From: Psammoneis japonica
Lineage: Eukaryota
Assembly: GCA_008632985.1 (NCBI GenBank)
Contig: QPGO01000021.1
Span: forward strand, 186,001-250,000
Reading direction: 5' to 3'
DNA length: 64,000 bases
In this document: one piece after another, positions 62,640-64,000 of the stretch
Position numbering within the stretch: the stretch's first letter is position 1
Layout of the letters: every line of letters starts with the position of its first letter
Position numbers and translations under genes: made by a program
The notes under the pieces: model-generated
Database searches by the model: none
What the model was told of the DNA's origin: nothing
What the model saw: the letters and a program-made list of their open reading frames with translations, nothing else

Positions 62640-63240
62640 GGGAGGGGACTCTTTAGCCAGCAAAGGCAAAAGCAGCTCTGCTCGTTCTCATTGTCTGCTT
62701 ACCTCTATGTAGGGAGTGTCCACCAAGATTGATTTGATAGAGATGGGACTGTTGGAATTCCTCGGACTTAGTTTGATGGTATCTTGCCGAATTGACCTTT
62801 CTCTTCATTTCGCGCTGATGCCTCCGCGAGCCAACAGCATTTTTCAGCTAGCAAAGGCAAAAGCCGCTCTGCTCGTTCTCCATGTCTTCATGCCTTTAGG
62901 GAGCATTCATCAAGATAGATTTGATAGAGAAGGCAAATGCTGGAACTCCTCCGACTTAGTACGATGGTATCTTGCCGAATTGACCTTTTTCTTCATTTTA
63001 CACTGAAGCCACCGCGACCAACAACATTTGAAAGGTTTCGGGAGGGGCATCTTTAGCTAGCAAACGCAGAAGCTGCGCTGCTCGATATCCATGGCTTCTT
63101 GCCTTTAGAGAGTATTCGTCGAGATAGATTTGATAGAGAAGGAAACTGTTGGAAACCGGAGCTTATGATGGTATCTGACCGACTTTTTTCTCATATTTTG
63201 CTTGCTCTGTTTTCTGTTTGCCTCGCGAGCCGACACCAAA
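62640..63240. repeat. Diverged tandem repeat of about 190-210 bp, 3 copies
   Basis: AGCAAA.GCA.AAGC..CTGCTCG, GATTTGATAGAGA and GATGGTATCT each recur three times. Confidence 0.8.
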
Positions 63241-63395
63241 TTTTTTCAAAATATATTTTTAGCCTACTTTACAAAACAGTGACGTCATGAAAACATCTTT
63301 GGACGGATCGATAGATCAGATCTTTTTTCGTTTTGTGCTGCGAGCCCATTCAACTCTCACACACTCCCGCTTTTCTTGTTATCCATAATATCACC

Positions 63396-64000
63396 ATGGC
63401 CCCGTCACTTGTCACTACGGTTGCTGGCATTCGTCTCGAAACTTGTGTTTACAATGCATCGGGACCGCGCACGGGTTCGTCGGCTGCCTTGGCGAAAATT
63501 GCAGCCTCTCGAGCCGGTGGTGTGCTAGCCAAGAGCGCAACTCTAAAAGCACAAACTGGAAATCCTCAACCACGGTGCGTATGTGAAGAGCAATGCTTTC
63601 GATATCTTTCGTCCGGCTCTTGTCTACTGACATGCCCTACCGTACATTTTGTTTATTGTTTTTGTTACTATTTTTTTGTTCAGAACTTGGCATGACACAG
63701 ACACCAACGGCGCATCGCTCAATTCAGAAGGATTACCAAATGCAGGTGTCGATTATTATATTAGCAAAGAAACGATTGAACAATCCATGGCGGATCATAC
63801 CGACAAGCCGTACATGGTGAGTATATCCGGTGCTACACTCCAAGACAATTTAGAAATGCTCGACAAGATTCTCCATGCTCGTTCCAAAGATGGCGCTCCG
63901 ATTGCCGCTGTGGAATTGAATCTCGCCTGTCCGAACGTCATTGAAAAGCCAATCATAGCTTATGATTTTGAACAAATGGATTCTGTATTGACCCAAGTGT
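63396..64000 (+). CDS. Dihydroorotate dehydrogenase class 1A (fumarate type), 3' partial
   Basis: YNASGP, KSAT, GNPQPR, intron 63575-63683, NSEGLPN, VSISG, ELNLACPN. Confidence 0.88.

Overview
Eukaryotic, intron-containing DNA. The CoDi-type Copia element, ASAFAP-like plastid presequences and gene families point to a pennate diatom (inference). About 16 host genes (LRR protein, RecQ helicase, C2-domain protein, CRM/YhbY, a coiled-coil protein, GST, CRAL-TRIO, JmjC, mTERF, cupin, Der GTPase, kinase, HSF, two paralogous SAM methyltransferases, class 1A DHODH) alternate with transposon blocks: a full-length Ty1/copia, two head-to-tail dimers of GG..CC/8-bp-TSD (Merlin-like) elements, several TIR elements and decayed retroelements. 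The main signal is a repeat-targeted hypermutation that converts TpA to TpG or CpA (A>G after T, on both strands), the reverse of fungal RIP. It is seen directly between the two LTRs (12 of 16 differences), between tandem transposon copies, and in Tyr>Cys/His and Val>Ala changes in conserved RT motifs. It acts after insertion, is position dependent, fades at borders with genes, spills into an adjacent host gene, outpaces CpG decay, and spares at least one TIR element. All counts are by eye and the mechanism is not visible in the sequence.
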